Shown here one piece after another: positions 38,310 to 47,667 of a stretch of 64,000 nt of DNA. The translations under genes were made by a program, and so were the position numbers. This stretch comes from Terriglobia bacterium (GTDB lineage Bacteria > Acidobacteriota > Terriglobia > Acidiferrales > UBA7541). Every line of letters starts with the position of its first letter. Positions within the stretch are counted from its first letter, which is position 1. The stretch spans positions 35,237-99,236 of the forward strand of contig CAWESM010000006.1 of the NCBI GenBank assembly GCA_963811715.1, read 5' to 3'. The notes below the pieces were generated by a model that searched no databases, had not been told where the DNA came from, and was given only the letters and a program-made list of their open reading frames with translations.

Positions 38310-39143
38310 TCAGTTCGTACCGGGCGCGAGGCCTTCGGTCAGCTCGATGTAGGTGCCCCATGGGTCGGTCAGGAAGGCTACTTTTGTCTTCGAGTTCGGG
38401 ATCTGGCGGATTGGTGCATCGAGCTTGATTCCTTCCGCTTCCAACTTCTTTGCGAACACGTCCAGACTCTTCACCTCGAAACCGATATGATCCAGCGAGC
38501 GCCCTTTGGTGGGAGCCAGCTCCGTCTTCCCTTGCGAAAAGGAAAGATTCACGCCCGGGAGATCGTCGCAATCGATCCATCCGGGCGAAGACACACGCGC
38601 GCGCTTGCCGGGCACGCCGCCAAATATTTTTGCGTACCAGGCTTGCATCGCGGGAATATCGGTGGGGTAGAAGTGAATGTGATTCATCTGGACCGGCACG
38701 GAGAGGGACGGGTCGCCAAAGAACTCCACGCGAATTCCGTCCGGGCCGTGTACGTAACCCTGGTTCGGATTTGCAGCCTGCTCGATCTCGACATTGTCGG
38801 CTTTCAATTTGGCGAGCGCCGCTGGCAGGTCTTTCCACACAAACCCGAAGTGATCCACGATGGAGCCCGCCGGGGGCGCAGTGGGCTCGGCTTGCCGCAG
38901 CATGATGAAAACGCCAGGGAACTGGATCATCGATAGCGGTCCGTTTTGCACGGCAGTGCCGCCCATCGTCGTCGTCCAGAAACGTTTCTGCGCCTCGACG
39001 TCTTTCACGGTTAGATGGATGTGCCCCATGGTGACGCCCGCATCATTCGGAGGCGCGAGCTGCGCGTGCGCTGGCCATACCGCAAACGCCATGAAGATCA
39101 GAGCGAGTATAAGTCGGACTCTCATGGGAGCATATTTCATCAT
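38310..39143 (-). CDS. exported tandem VOC (glyoxalase/bleomycin-resistance/dioxygenase fold) protein
   Basis: Signal peptide MMKYAPMRVRLILALIFMAFAVWPAHA. Repeated VOC starts GHIHLTV, VDHFGFV, NHIHFY and LDHIGFEV. Confidence 0.7.
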   Translation of the reverse strand: MMKYAPMRVRLILALIFMAFAVWPAHAQLAPPNDAGVTMGHIHLTVKDVEAQKRFWTTTMGGTAVQNGPLSMIQFPGVFIMLRQAEPTAPPAGSIVDHFGFVWKDLPAALAKLKADNVEIEQAANPNQGYVHGPDGIRVEFFGDPSLSVPVQMNHIHFYPTDIPAMQAWYAKIFGGVPGKRARVSSPGWIDCDDLPGVNLSFSQGKTELAPTKGRSLDHIGFEVKSLDVFAKKLEAEGIKLDAPIRQIPNSKTKVAFLTDPWGTYIELTEGLAPGTN

Positions 39144-39303
39144 GGTGTTCGTTTTGAGTTTTCCTGCCGCTCGGCAACATACAGCTAACAGCCTCGGAAT
39201 GCAATTCCCCATTGGCCGATGGGGTTGCGGTAAAATAGGAGATGGGCGTAGCATCGAGATTGTCCCGAGTGCATTCAAACATGGGGAATAACGGGATCAC
39301 GCG

Positions 39304-39792
39304 GTGAAGACGGTGAAGATTAGACGCATATTCGCGGGCACTTTGGCGGCGCTGCTGTTGTGCGTTTCTTCGTTGGCAGCGGCGTGCGACCTCTCCTGCG
39401 GATTTGCACTGTTTCGATCGGATTGCCACTCACCGCAAACGGCTGCCGAAAAATCCCAGCGCCCCGAGATGGCGATGACCGGCATGGCGGGGCCAGAAAT
39501 GGCTGGCGACAGTGCCACAAATCAACCAATGGTTTCCTCCGCGCCGCAGTCGATGCCTGGTCATGCGGTCCTCGCGGATATGGGTGCGTGCATGCGCCAG
39601 TCTTGCGATCAGGCTCAGGCGTTAGCTTTCAAGGCCAATCGCTCCACTGCGGCACAGTTTGAGACAGTTTCGACAACTTCGGAACTTTCCCTCACGGAGA
39701 GTTTCCGAAACGCCTTTCATGAAGCCCGGGGCGACATCGCTCCCCACCTTCCGGGTGTTCAACCTCCACTCGACGTAAGCCTCCGCATTTAG
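39304..39792 (+). CDS. exported Cys- and Met-rich hypothetical protein (possible metal-binding)
   Basis: Signal peptide followed by CDLSCGFALFRSDCH, then the Met-rich stretch MAMTGMAGPEMAG and a further C...C pair (GACMRQSC). No family recognised. Confidence 0.5.
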   Translation: MKTVKIRRIFAGTLAALLLCVSSLAAACDLSCGFALFRSDCHSPQTAAEKSQRPEMAMTGMAGPEMAGDSATNQPMVSSAPQSMPGHAVLADMGACMRQSCDQAQALAFKANRSTAAQFETVSTTSELSLTESFRNAFHEARGDIAPHLPGVQPPLDVSLRI

Positions 39793-39914
39793 AACACTGC
39801 TCCAACCATATCCAACCCGATTGAACTGTTTTGTGTTTCTGCCTTCGGCCGCAGCGCGCAGTGTTTTGATCCTCGCGTGCGTCCAAGCGGCAGGTTTTGA
39901 GGAGAAATGTTCTT

Positions 39915-41282
39915 ATGCGGCCATTTTCAGCGTTACTCCGGACAATACTTGCATCACTTTTACTCTTACCCGTGCCTGCCGGAGCGCAGCAGAGCAAGAA
40001 GGACACTGGGATGCAAGGAATGCCAGGGATGGACGACGGGAAAATGCAGGGAATGCAAATGGGCGGAGACGGTTTGATCACCATGCATCCCGAAACCTTC
40101 CTGCAGGAAATTGTCCGCCATGGCGCATCCGGCACCGGTGCGGAACCGAACTCCACGCCCGTTCCCATGCTCATGGCGGCGAAAGGGGCGTGGACACTGA
40201 TGTTCCACGCGAACGCATTTGTGGTCAACGAGCAACAATCAAGCCCTCGCGGCGGAGACAAATTTTTCTCGACAAATTGGTTTATGGGCATGGCGCAACG
40301 TCCGCTCGGGCCCGGTATTTTCACGGCACGCGCCATGCTAAGTTTAGAGCCCGCTACCGTGACAGGACGCCAATATCCGCTGCTGTTCCAATTAGGAGAA
40401 ACGGCTTTCGGAAAGCCGATTGCCGACGGACAGCATCCCCATAATTTCTTCATGGAGATTGCGGCGCTTTACGATCTGAAGTTGGCAAGCAAGGGCCTGC
40501 TCTCAATTTACTTTGCTCCCATCGGCGACCCGGCATTGGGCCCGGTGGCATACGCGCACCGCGCCTCCGCGTCGGAAGATCCCGTGGCTGCGCTAGGGCA
40601 TCATCAAGAGGACTCCACCCACGTCGCTTACGACGTGATCACCGTTGGCCTTGCGTATCGCATCGCGCGCCTCGAAGCCTCCGGTTTTCACGGCCGCGAA
40701 CCGGACGAGAACCGCTGGAATATCAATCAGGGGAAAATCGATTCTTGGTCGACACGCGTAACGGTTCAACCCGGGAAAAATTGGAGCGGCCAATTTTCGT
40801 ATGGACGCTTAAAAAGCCCGGAAGCGGTCTTCCCCAATGAGGTTCAGGAACGCACAACTTCCTCGATCCTGTACAATCACCCACTCCATGGTGGCAATTG
40901 GACAAGCACGATCCTTTGGGGGCGTACGCGTTCCCTCCAAGATAACTCGATCTTTAACAGCTATGCTCTCGAGTCCACGGTGCGTTTCCGCCTCCGCAAT
41001 TACGCGTGGACCCGCATGGAAAATGTGGATCGCTCGAATGAGCTGATTCTTGGAGAAAATCCACTTCCACCCCATTTCCAGGAGCAGCCGATTGGCCGCG
41101 TCCAGGCTTACACCTTCGGCTATGATCGTGATGTGGATTTGATTCCGCACGTGGCTTCGGCCCTGGGAGTGCAAGTGACGGCCTATGGCGTGGGAGAGAA
41201 GCTGAAACCCACTTATGGCTCGCGGCCGGCCGGCGTTGCCGTGTTCGTGCGAATTCGTCCATTTGCAGGGGATGAAAGATAA
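39915..41282 (+). CDS. putative outer-membrane beta-barrel protein with Met-rich N-terminal region
   Basis: Signal peptide MRPFSALLRTILASLLLLPVPAGA, then MQGMPGMDDGKMQGMQMGG. Alternating beta-strand-like C-terminal two thirds ending ...VAVFVRIRPF-like. Function unknown. Confidence 0.55.
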   Translation: MRPFSALLRTILASLLLLPVPAGAQQSKKDTGMQGMPGMDDGKMQGMQMGGDGLITMHPETFLQEIVRHGASGTGAEPNSTPVPMLMAAKGAWTLMFHANAFVVNEQQSSPRGGDKFFSTNWFMGMAQRPLGPGIFTARAMLSLEPATVTGRQYPLLFQLGETAFGKPIADGQHPHNFFMEIAALYDLKLASKGLLSIYFAPIGDPALGPVAYAHRASASEDPVAALGHHQEDSTHVAYDVITVGLAYRIARLEASGFHGREPDENRWNINQGKIDSWSTRVTVQPGKNWSGQFSYGRLKSPEAVFPNEVQERTTSSILYNHPLHGGNWTSTILWGRTRSLQDNSIFNSYALESTVRFRLRNYAWTRMENVDRSNELILGENPLPPHFQEQPIGRVQAYTFGYDRDVDLIPHVASALGVQVTAYGVGEKLKPTYGSRPAGVAVFVRIRPFAGDER

Positions 41283-41317
41283 TCGATGGAAAGTGAAAAG
41301 ACAGAAATGAGGCAATC

Positions 41318-41938
41318 ATGAAAATTCCTAAAGCGGTCCTGTGGCTCGTACTCGGAGTGGTGGTTGCGGCGATTGCGTACGGGACCCTCTTGATCCGTCG
41401 AGGTGTCACCGCTCGAAAAGAGCCCTCGGCCATGGAAACTGCAGTGGCCCGCGCGGTCCGCCACATGGCCATTCCCAAGATTGACCGGGAAGAAGAAAAC
41501 CCGTGGGCGAGTGTGGCCACACCCGAGGTTTTGAAGGATGCGCGGGAGCACTTCGCCGACCACTGCTCGCAATGTCACGCCAATGATGGGAGTGGAAAGA
41601 CCGAGATGGGCCAGTACTTGTATCCCCGTGCGCCGGACATGCGTTTGCCCGCGACACAGAATCTCACCGACGGCGAACTGTACTACATCATTCGCAACGG
41701 CGTCCCGCTGACAGGGATGCCAGCCTGGGGCGAACCCAACACGCTGCAGGACGATGACAGTTGGCAACTCGTTCTTTTCATACGCCACCTGCCCAAACTA
41801 ACCGCCGAGGAAATTAAGGACATGGAGCATTACAATCCCGTTGGGGAGATGGAACGCGAAGAAGAAAAAGAACACGAGGAAGCCCCGAACGCCGGGAACC
41901 CCGCAGGCAAATCCGCGCCGGTGAATCACCATCACTAA
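41318..41938 (+). CDS. membrane-anchored mono-haem c-type cytochrome
   Basis: N-terminal TM helix, haem motif CSQCH with distal GMPAWG Met, acidic tail ending NHHH. 36 bp after the barrel gene. Confidence 0.8.
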   Translation: MKIPKAVLWLVLGVVVAAIAYGTLLIRRGVTARKEPSAMETAVARAVRHMAIPKIDREEENPWASVATPEVLKDAREHFADHCSQCHANDGSGKTEMGQYLYPRAPDMRLPATQNLTDGELYYIIRNGVPLTGMPAWGEPNTLQDDDSWQLVLFIRHLPKLTAEEIKDMEHYNPVGEMEREEEKEHEEAPNAGNPAGKSAPVNHHH

Positions 41939-42019
41939 CGAGAATTTCTCACAAGAATTTGTGATTGCGGTCGCGTCGTTCCATTGCATGCAGCCAGAGC
42001 GCAGGCCCAACGCAGTCAA

Positions 42020-42094
42020 GTAGCACAGGCTTCAGCCTGTGTGATTTTGGTTTTTGCACGAGCGGAAATCCACTCAGGCTGAAGCCTGTGCCAC
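42020..42094. repeat. REP/BIME-like double-hairpin element, copy 2 (between convergent cytochrome c and TPR genes)
   Basis: GTAGCACAGGCTTCAGCCTGTGTGATTTTGG...CAGGCTGAAGCCTGTGCCACC. Same two inverse hairpins and similar spacer length as 22491-22565. Confidence 0.6.
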
Positions 42095-42120
42095 CAAAAC
42101 CCGCTGCCCGCGCCCGGACC

Positions 42121-42843
42121 TCAACTCTTCGCGTTCAAAAGTTCCAGGCCCTCATCGGCCTTTTCGGCAGCGGGCGTATCCGCGAAATCCTTCTTCACAT
42201 CGTTGTAGAGCTTTGCCGCCTGTGCGGGATCGGTCTTGCGGTAGTAGTCCGCGAGCGTCAGCATCACCATGGCCTTTGGCACAAACGTCGTGGGCTTGTC
42301 CGCCAATTGCTTGTACAACTCGACGGCCTGGGGTCCTTTTTTATTCTGCGTGTATACCCAGGCCAATTGGAAGCGGGCCAGGCCCGTCAGCGATTCATCG
42401 CCGCTGGAATCCAGTTGTTTTAGATTTTTTTCCGCGTCGTCGAACTTCTTCAATTTTTCCTCGGACAGGGCAGCGTAATATCGCGCGACCTGGCCGGGCC
42501 GAGTGCGCGCGTATTGCTTCGCTACTTCCAGAAATTTCTTTTCAGCATCGGTGTACTTGTTCTTTTCGTCCAGGTAGGTGTCTTCGCCGGGCAGGGCCGG
42601 TTCTCCCGGGGCTCGAACCCGTGCCTGGAAAATTTTCATCGCGTCATCGAGAACCGCGCCGGCTTTCGTGGTCTGGCGTTTCGAATACGTGCTCCAGCCG
42701 AAGACCGCCAGGGCCACGAACAGGGCCGCGCCGATGACGACCCACATTATCTGCTGGTGGGAAGCGACCGATTCTACTCCGTGAACGAACCGATCACGGA
42801 TCTCGTCTTTCTTCAGATCCTTGCGCAAAATATGTTGCGCCAC
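42121..42843 (-). CDS. membrane-anchored TPR protein, YfgM-like
   Basis: N-terminal charged segment plus one TM helix (IMWVVIGAALFVALAVFGW), followed by TPR-like helical repeats. Family call moderate. Confidence 0.6.
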   Translation of the reverse strand: MAQHILRKDLKKDEIRDRFVHGVESVASHQQIMWVVIGAALFVALAVFGWSTYSKRQTTKAGAVLDDAMKIFQARVRAPGEPALPGEDTYLDEKNKYTDAEKKFLEVAKQYARTRPGQVARYYAALSEEKLKKFDDAEKNLKQLDSSGDESLTGLARFQLAWVYTQNKKGPQAVELYKQLADKPTTFVPKAMVMLTLADYYRKTDPAQAAKLYNDVKKDFADTPAAEKADEGLELLNAKS

Positions 42844-42930
42844 AGATGCACTCCTCCGCTTGTACCCGAATGCACAATCGTATCACAAGTTCTTACATCG
42901 AGAAGTGCGTTGCGCCCTTAATACAAACGT

Positions 42931-42973
42931 CAGAAAAGCGAAAGGGCCCTGCCGGTAGCATTGGGCAGGGCCC
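42931..42973 (-). terminator. intrinsic terminator downstream of the cold-shock gene
   Basis: On the minus strand: GGGCCCTGCC-loop-GGCAGGGCCC (10-bp GC stem) followed by TTTCGCTTTTCT. Confidence 0.6.
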
Positions 42974-42990
42974 CTTCGCTAGAGCGGGGG

Positions 42991-43197
42991 CTAGGGTGCC
43001 GTGACGTTTTCAGCCTGATAACCCTTCGGTCCTTGCTTGACCTCGAACTCGACCATCTGGCCTTCGTTCAGTGTCTTGTATCCCTCCATCTGTATGGCGG
43101 AGAAGTGAACGAACACGTCTTCGCCCGACTGGCGTTGGATGAACCCGTACCCTTTCGATGCGTTAAACCACTTCACTACACCTTGTTCTTTGCTCAC
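42991..43197 (-). CDS. cspA: cold-shock protein (CspA family)
   Basis: [15 protein letters not shown] (RNP1) and DVFVHFSAI (RNP2). 68 aa from the GTG at 43197, preceded by a GAGGAG RBS. Confidence 0.9.
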   Translation of the reverse strand: MSKEQGVVKWFNASKGYGFIQRQSGEDVFVHFSAIQMEGYKTLNEGQMVEFEVKQGPKGYQAENVTAP

Positions 43198-43759
43198 CTT
43201 CTTGACTCCTCTATCATGAGCGATCGCTATTTGCCGGGCGTAACGCCAGTCGGTGGTTGAAATAGGCCCGCCGTTCACCTCCGACAGTTTCCGTGAACAG
43301 CAACGAACCTTCGTACACCTAACGGAATTACAGTACCCACAAACGCGGGCCATCCATACATCAAAATCCGGTGCCTGTCTAGAGGGATTCCCGCGCCTGA
43401 TATGTCGATCTCAGTTCCTGATAACTTATCGGGACTTGGCACGCAATACTGCCGGAGTGAACAAATTTCCTCCCGGTTCTCGCCCTCTTTGAAAGTTCGA
43501 CGCTTAGTGGGAGAAGAATTCTTTGACGATCCTGCCGCATTCGGTTGGGTCATCGAGAAAGGGCAGGCGCCCGGCATTCAGTTCATGCAACCGGGCGTTT
43601 AGCATCAGCTCCACAGCCCGGCGCGCAACATCTAATCCGCCGAATGGGTCGCGCTCACTCGCAGAAACTGCACAGGAGTCCGCTCGCGGCGCAATTGCTC
43701 TGCCGTGAATTCATATTCCGGCCGCGCGCCGTGCAATGTAGCGGCCAAAGTGAATCGAG

Positions 43760-45109
43760 TTAAGGGGCCGGAGTTTTCTTTGGAAACTCAGCAATCGAGT
43801 CGCCGATGAATTCGAGATAATTACGAATATGACCTTCAAGCTGACCGGTGAAATTGTTAGAAATCTCCGCAGCTCGCTCTTCCAGGTTCTTTTTAGCATC
43901 GCCCGTAGCCGACGCGATCAAGACCTCTATGGTATCGCGCGCAGCGTTCTCGAAAATTTGCGAAAGCTCAAGCAACTTTTCGCTGCACTCGTTCAAAGCT
44001 GCAGCGGAGCTTTTGTCCAGTTCGTCGTGAGTCTGAATCAATCTTGCGTTAACGCCGCTTTCAAGTTCGTTTGTGACTCGCGCGTAAATCGCTTGCGATT
44101 CTTCCTTGAAAATGGCCTGAGAAGCCACCAGCTTCTGAAGATCCGCTTTTGCTTCACCAAGCACAGGCGCGACCTGGTCTCGCAGCCGCGTTACGAAACG
44201 TGCTGCTGATTCGGTGTGCGAGGTTTCGAGGGTGCGTTGTAGCTGCTCAATCGTGCAAGTCGCCATACTATCGGCGCGTTGGCTCAGTTCATTCCCCTGA
44301 ATCAACATGCGCTGCTTGGCGTTTTCTATATCTCGCTCGATAGCCCCAATCAAGCCCTCGTGGCTCGTTCGGACTGTAGTCTCCGCCGCCTCGTTCAATA
44401 CTTTCAGCGCCCGCCGTGCCAAGTCTTCTTTCGAAGTCGCGATTACGCGCTCAATCGTTCCGGCCGCCTCGTTCTGTAGCTGGACACGAAATTCGTCTAG
44501 CAAACGGTTCTTTTCATTAGCGAGGGTCACCGCTGCGATTTCAGAGACCGTGACTTGAATCTGTTTCCTTAAGCCGCCCATAAGGTCAGAAAACCAAGGG
44601 GCTAGTGAAGCGGCCGCCTCACTTTTCTTCAAAGCGGCAACCGGAGTAGCTCCCCCACTCCGGTTCTGAATTACTTGCGGTTCGGTCCGCGTTATTACTC
44701 GCAGTTCTCGTCCAGGATTAGGATCTACCACTTTGCTCCCCTGCGCTGGAATCCAATCCTCTGGCGGCGATTTGATTCCCCAAATATTGCCGGCGAATTC
44801 AAATTCCACCGCGACGTCGTAGGCCGAATCCGTGGCGGTGTTGCGCTTTTGTATCCATTTCACCCGCGCTCGACTGGAGCATTCAGAGTAGCCTTTCGCA
44901 CGCTGCCCCATATCCAGGACCACGATTTCACCCGGAAGAATCTCGCGTTTCATTTGGTAAGTGCAGCCGTGACAACTAATGGTGACCGTTGTAACTTCCT
45001 CCCGATAGGGTACACGGAAGGCGTCTATGCCCTGCACCGCCAGCGGTACGGCTTTTTCAATGCGTGAGCTGCGCCGTTTTTGTGCGTATGCGACCTGATT
45101 CGATGACAC
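43760..45109 (-). CDS. PilZ-like N-terminal domain fused to a long coiled-coil region
   Basis: KRRSSR (RRxxxR) and TISCHG (xSxxG) motifs in the first ~110 aa. The remaining ~330 aa are heptad-like, A/E/L/Q-rich helical sequence. Confidence 0.65.
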   Translation of the reverse strand: MSSNQVAYAQKRRSSRIEKAVPLAVQGIDAFRVPYREEVTTVTISCHGCTYQMKREILPGEIVVLDMGQRAKGYSECSSRARVKWIQKRNTATDSAYDVAVEFEFAGNIWGIKSPPEDWIPAQGSKVVDPNPGRELRVITRTEPQVIQNRSGGATPVAALKKSEAAASLAPWFSDLMGGLRKQIQVTVSEIAAVTLANEKNRLLDEFRVQLQNEAAGTIERVIATSKEDLARRALKVLNEAAETTVRTSHEGLIGAIERDIENAKQRMLIQGNELSQRADSMATCTIEQLQRTLETSHTESAARFVTRLRDQVAPVLGEAKADLQKLVASQAIFKEESQAIYARVTNELESGVNARLIQTHDELDKSSAAALNECSEKLLELSQIFENAARDTIEVLIASATGDAKKNLEERAAEISNNFTGQLEGHIRNYLEFIGDSIAEFPKKTPAP

Positions 45110-45758
45110 GGCCCCCCCCCACTATCCCATCGAGAGTGGATCAAGACCCTTGCAAGTAAATCCTCAGATTCTTGAAACCCACTCTAATCGTCTCTCAGCA
45201 GGCGCGGAGATTCAACTGGTCCCCCAGCCAAATGTCACTTGTACTTTCGCCTGTCCCAATGTCCCTGACCAAATGACACAGGTACCAGAGTCGGCTTCCT
45301 GTTGAACGTCGATGATAATGTCCCTGCTCCTCCTCGATAGAAATGTCCCCTAATAGGCGGCCTCGGAAGGAGGGCTGCTGGGAGGAATTGGGATAAACGA
45401 GAAGGAGCTGCATCGAGTGGAAGTGCTGGTGCGAGTGAAAAGCAAGGATTTATCGGAAAGTGGCCCTAGAGACGCTATCTGACAATCTTCGGCGCTCTTC
45501 CCTTAACACTTTTTGGCATTTGGCCGGTGGTGACAACGGCGGTTCTCCCTGTGACCAGCACTGGGCACGTCCGAGCTGCGCCTCTAAGTCCAAATATTGC
45601 TGGGGTTTCCGCTATTTGTTTTGGACATGTTGCCGGGATCTATGCGGATGGCACGTGGTTTGCCTCTCATTCCGTGGGGACGGACACACCCAAAGCTTGG
45701 AGGGTGGCTCCTGTAATTGGCCCTGAAATCGATCAGTCAGAGTTGGGAAGGATGGCAA

Positions 45759-46343
45759 ATGATCCGCAAGCTCTTCATTACGGTTTTTGTGTTGCTGAGT
45801 GCTGGCCCTGCTTTTCCTCACACCACTCAAGTCGCCACTGGGCAGGATCATCCGGCCCTTCACCTGATGAACGACAGTGAATTCGCCACCTTTCTAAATC
45901 GTTTGGATACAGACGTACTTCGCTCGCAAGTGCAATTAAGAAAGATGGATGTGAAATCCTTGAGCCTTGGTTTTCAGGAGAGCGAGGAACTGGAGAGAAG
46001 CTATAACCGGTGCTTGCAATCGCTCGATAATGCTCGGCAAGAAATTCAAAAGCTATCACCGAAACAGACGCTCAAACTCGACTTATTCCTTCTGATTGAC
46101 TTGAATGAGTTAGCCCGCAATCTGGATATGCTGGACCAAGATTTGATGAACCCCGCGGCTGTCGGCGGAAAAAGGGGAGCCCAGAAATCACTGGGTTATG
46201 CAAGAGAAGTCCTGGGCATTGACGTGGGGCTTGCAACGGACATTTCCATATTTCAACACCATTTTCTTGCGTTTACCGGGATCATTGACGCAACCCTCGC
46301 CCAAGCCGACTATGATCCGTCTCAACCTCAGAGTCAGAAATAA
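45759..46343 (+). CDS. exported hypothetical protein
   Basis: ATG with a GGAAGGA RBS. Signal-like MIRKLFITVFVLLSAGPAFP. Helical, no family recognised. Confidence 0.5.
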   Translation: MIRKLFITVFVLLSAGPAFPHTTQVATGQDHPALHLMNDSEFATFLNRLDTDVLRSQVQLRKMDVKSLSLGFQESEELERSYNRCLQSLDNARQEIQKLSPKQTLKLDLFLLIDLNELARNLDMLDQDLMNPAAVGGKRGAQKSLGYAREVLGIDVGLATDISIFQHHFLAFTGIIDATLAQADYDPSQPQSQK

Positions 46344-46430
46344 AACCACGCCAAGGCCCTCCATCAGGGTGAAGTTAGCCTCACCTCTCCCCCGCAGGCG
46401 GAAATACGGTTTCTGAGAACTTGTTTTATA

Positions 46431-46546
46431 GGAATGCGGCCCACTACCAGACAGCGTCATTGATTGGCTGTGTCACCTAATTCTCGTTAAACTCTCGCGA
46501 GGCACGGGGCTGTAGCTCAGTTGGATATACGGCGGTTTCCTAAACC
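46431..46546 (+). repeat. decayed copy of the tRNA-Arg(CCT) 5' half (to the anticodon arm) plus about 75 nt of its upstream flank
   Basis: GGAATGCGGCCC...TTAAACTCTCGCGAGGCAC|GGGGCTGTAGCTCAGTTGGATATACGGCGGTTTCCTAAACC aligns with 50266-50381 (the intact gene) at roughly 85% identity. Homology stops after TAAACC. Confidence 0.75.
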
Positions 46547-46920
46547 TCCGCTCTACACGTTGGAATTTCCGAGTAAATCAAGCTTACCCATTTTGTTTCA
46601 ATTGCTTACGTCCGATCGGCATGTCCGCCTAAATCACTCAGAACCGGGCATTGTAGTAAAACTGTAGTAGTTTGCCGTCCTCATCCGGCGCCGAACATGC
46701 GATTCCTTTTACTGCTCCTGGATTGGCGGCGACTATCAAGATAGCCGGAATTGGGCCACATTCCGATCCCGCCTTATCGGGAAGTGGCTCCCAGAATCCC
46801 GCTAGTCTCGCTGGGGACTGCTCCGAGGGTAAATTCGTTGTGCTGTTGGCAGGAGAAGCATACGATGCACGAGCTTGAGGTCTAAATCGTAAATTCCGGT
46901 CGAAATGGTAGGTAAAAAAA

Positions 46921-47667
46921 ATGATGAGGAAGTCCATAGGCATCGCAGCGATCGCAGTATTGTTGTCGTCACTCGGGGCCGGATGGACATACGCGCAACA
47001 AGCGGGTGCTGCGGCGCCAGCGCCAGCCGCGATCAAGCCTCCCCCTCCACCGGAACTATTGTTTCGCATGACAACGCAGAACGACACTCGGAAGCCTTTG
47101 GCGATAGATTCGATCACGACTCCAAATGTTGACCTTCAACTGTATGGAGACGGCAAGAACATTGTGGCCGCCGTCGGCAAGGGCGATTACTGGCCTCGTC
47201 TCTTCTTTGGATTGTGCGACAGACCTTGCGGATTTACCTTACGCGACAAGAACAATTATTTCGATCTCAGGGGAAAAGCAAATATTAAGTTTACCACCAT
47301 CGTTTCCGGTTTCCATCGCGTGCGGCCGTTGATTAAATTGGCGGATGGCACACAGCTCATCGGAGATCAAGCTGAGGGTTCCGTCGCGGATTGGCATCAG
47401 TACGAGGTCTCGATTAGCGAGGTCCGATGGCTTAAGCTGGATCCGGCCAGAGGTGTTACAGTTGGGCAGTGGGTAGAAAATCCAGACCTGGGCAAGGTTG
47501 ACGAAGTTGGCTACTTCGATGTGATTCCGGGTAGCGGTGTCCGTATTGATGGTGTTCCAGTGGAAAAGCTACCCGCCCCTCCGGCTGGAGGATGGATTGC
47601 CGTTTCCTCCTTTGAACTCTGGGGAAAAGCAGTAAGCCGGGAAGTGAAGCTATCACAACAACAATAA
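46921..47667 (+). CDS. exported hypothetical protein
   Basis: Signal peptide MMRKSIGIAAIAVLLSSLGAGWTYA, Ala/Pro linker, then a globular beta-rich domain. No family recognised. Confidence 0.6.
   Translation: MMRKSIGIAAIAVLLSSLGAGWTYAQQAGAAAPAPAAIKPPPPPELLFRMTTQNDTRKPLAIDSITTPNVDLQLYGDGKNIVAAVGKGDYWPRLFFGLCDRPCGFTLRDKNNYFDLRGKANIKFTTIVSGFHRVRPLIKLADGTQLIGDQAEGSVADWHQYEVSISEVRWLKLDPARGVTVGQWVENPDLGKVDEVGYFDVIPGSGVRIDGVPVEKLPAPPAGGWIAVSSFELWGKAVSREVKLSQQQ

Noticed and set aside
43198-43420. Possible long 5' leader or cold-box upstream of the cold-shock gene
   Set aside because: A long leader is expected for CspA-family genes, but I could not identify a convincing promoter or conserved cold-box by eye, so no feature is called.
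46638-47117. 159-aa minus-strand ORF with Gly/Ala runs
   Set aside because: It overlaps the 5' end of the better-supported exported-protein gene (46921..47667) and is partly low-complexity. Its C-terminal 50 aa might be a real gene stub, but I cannot support that.
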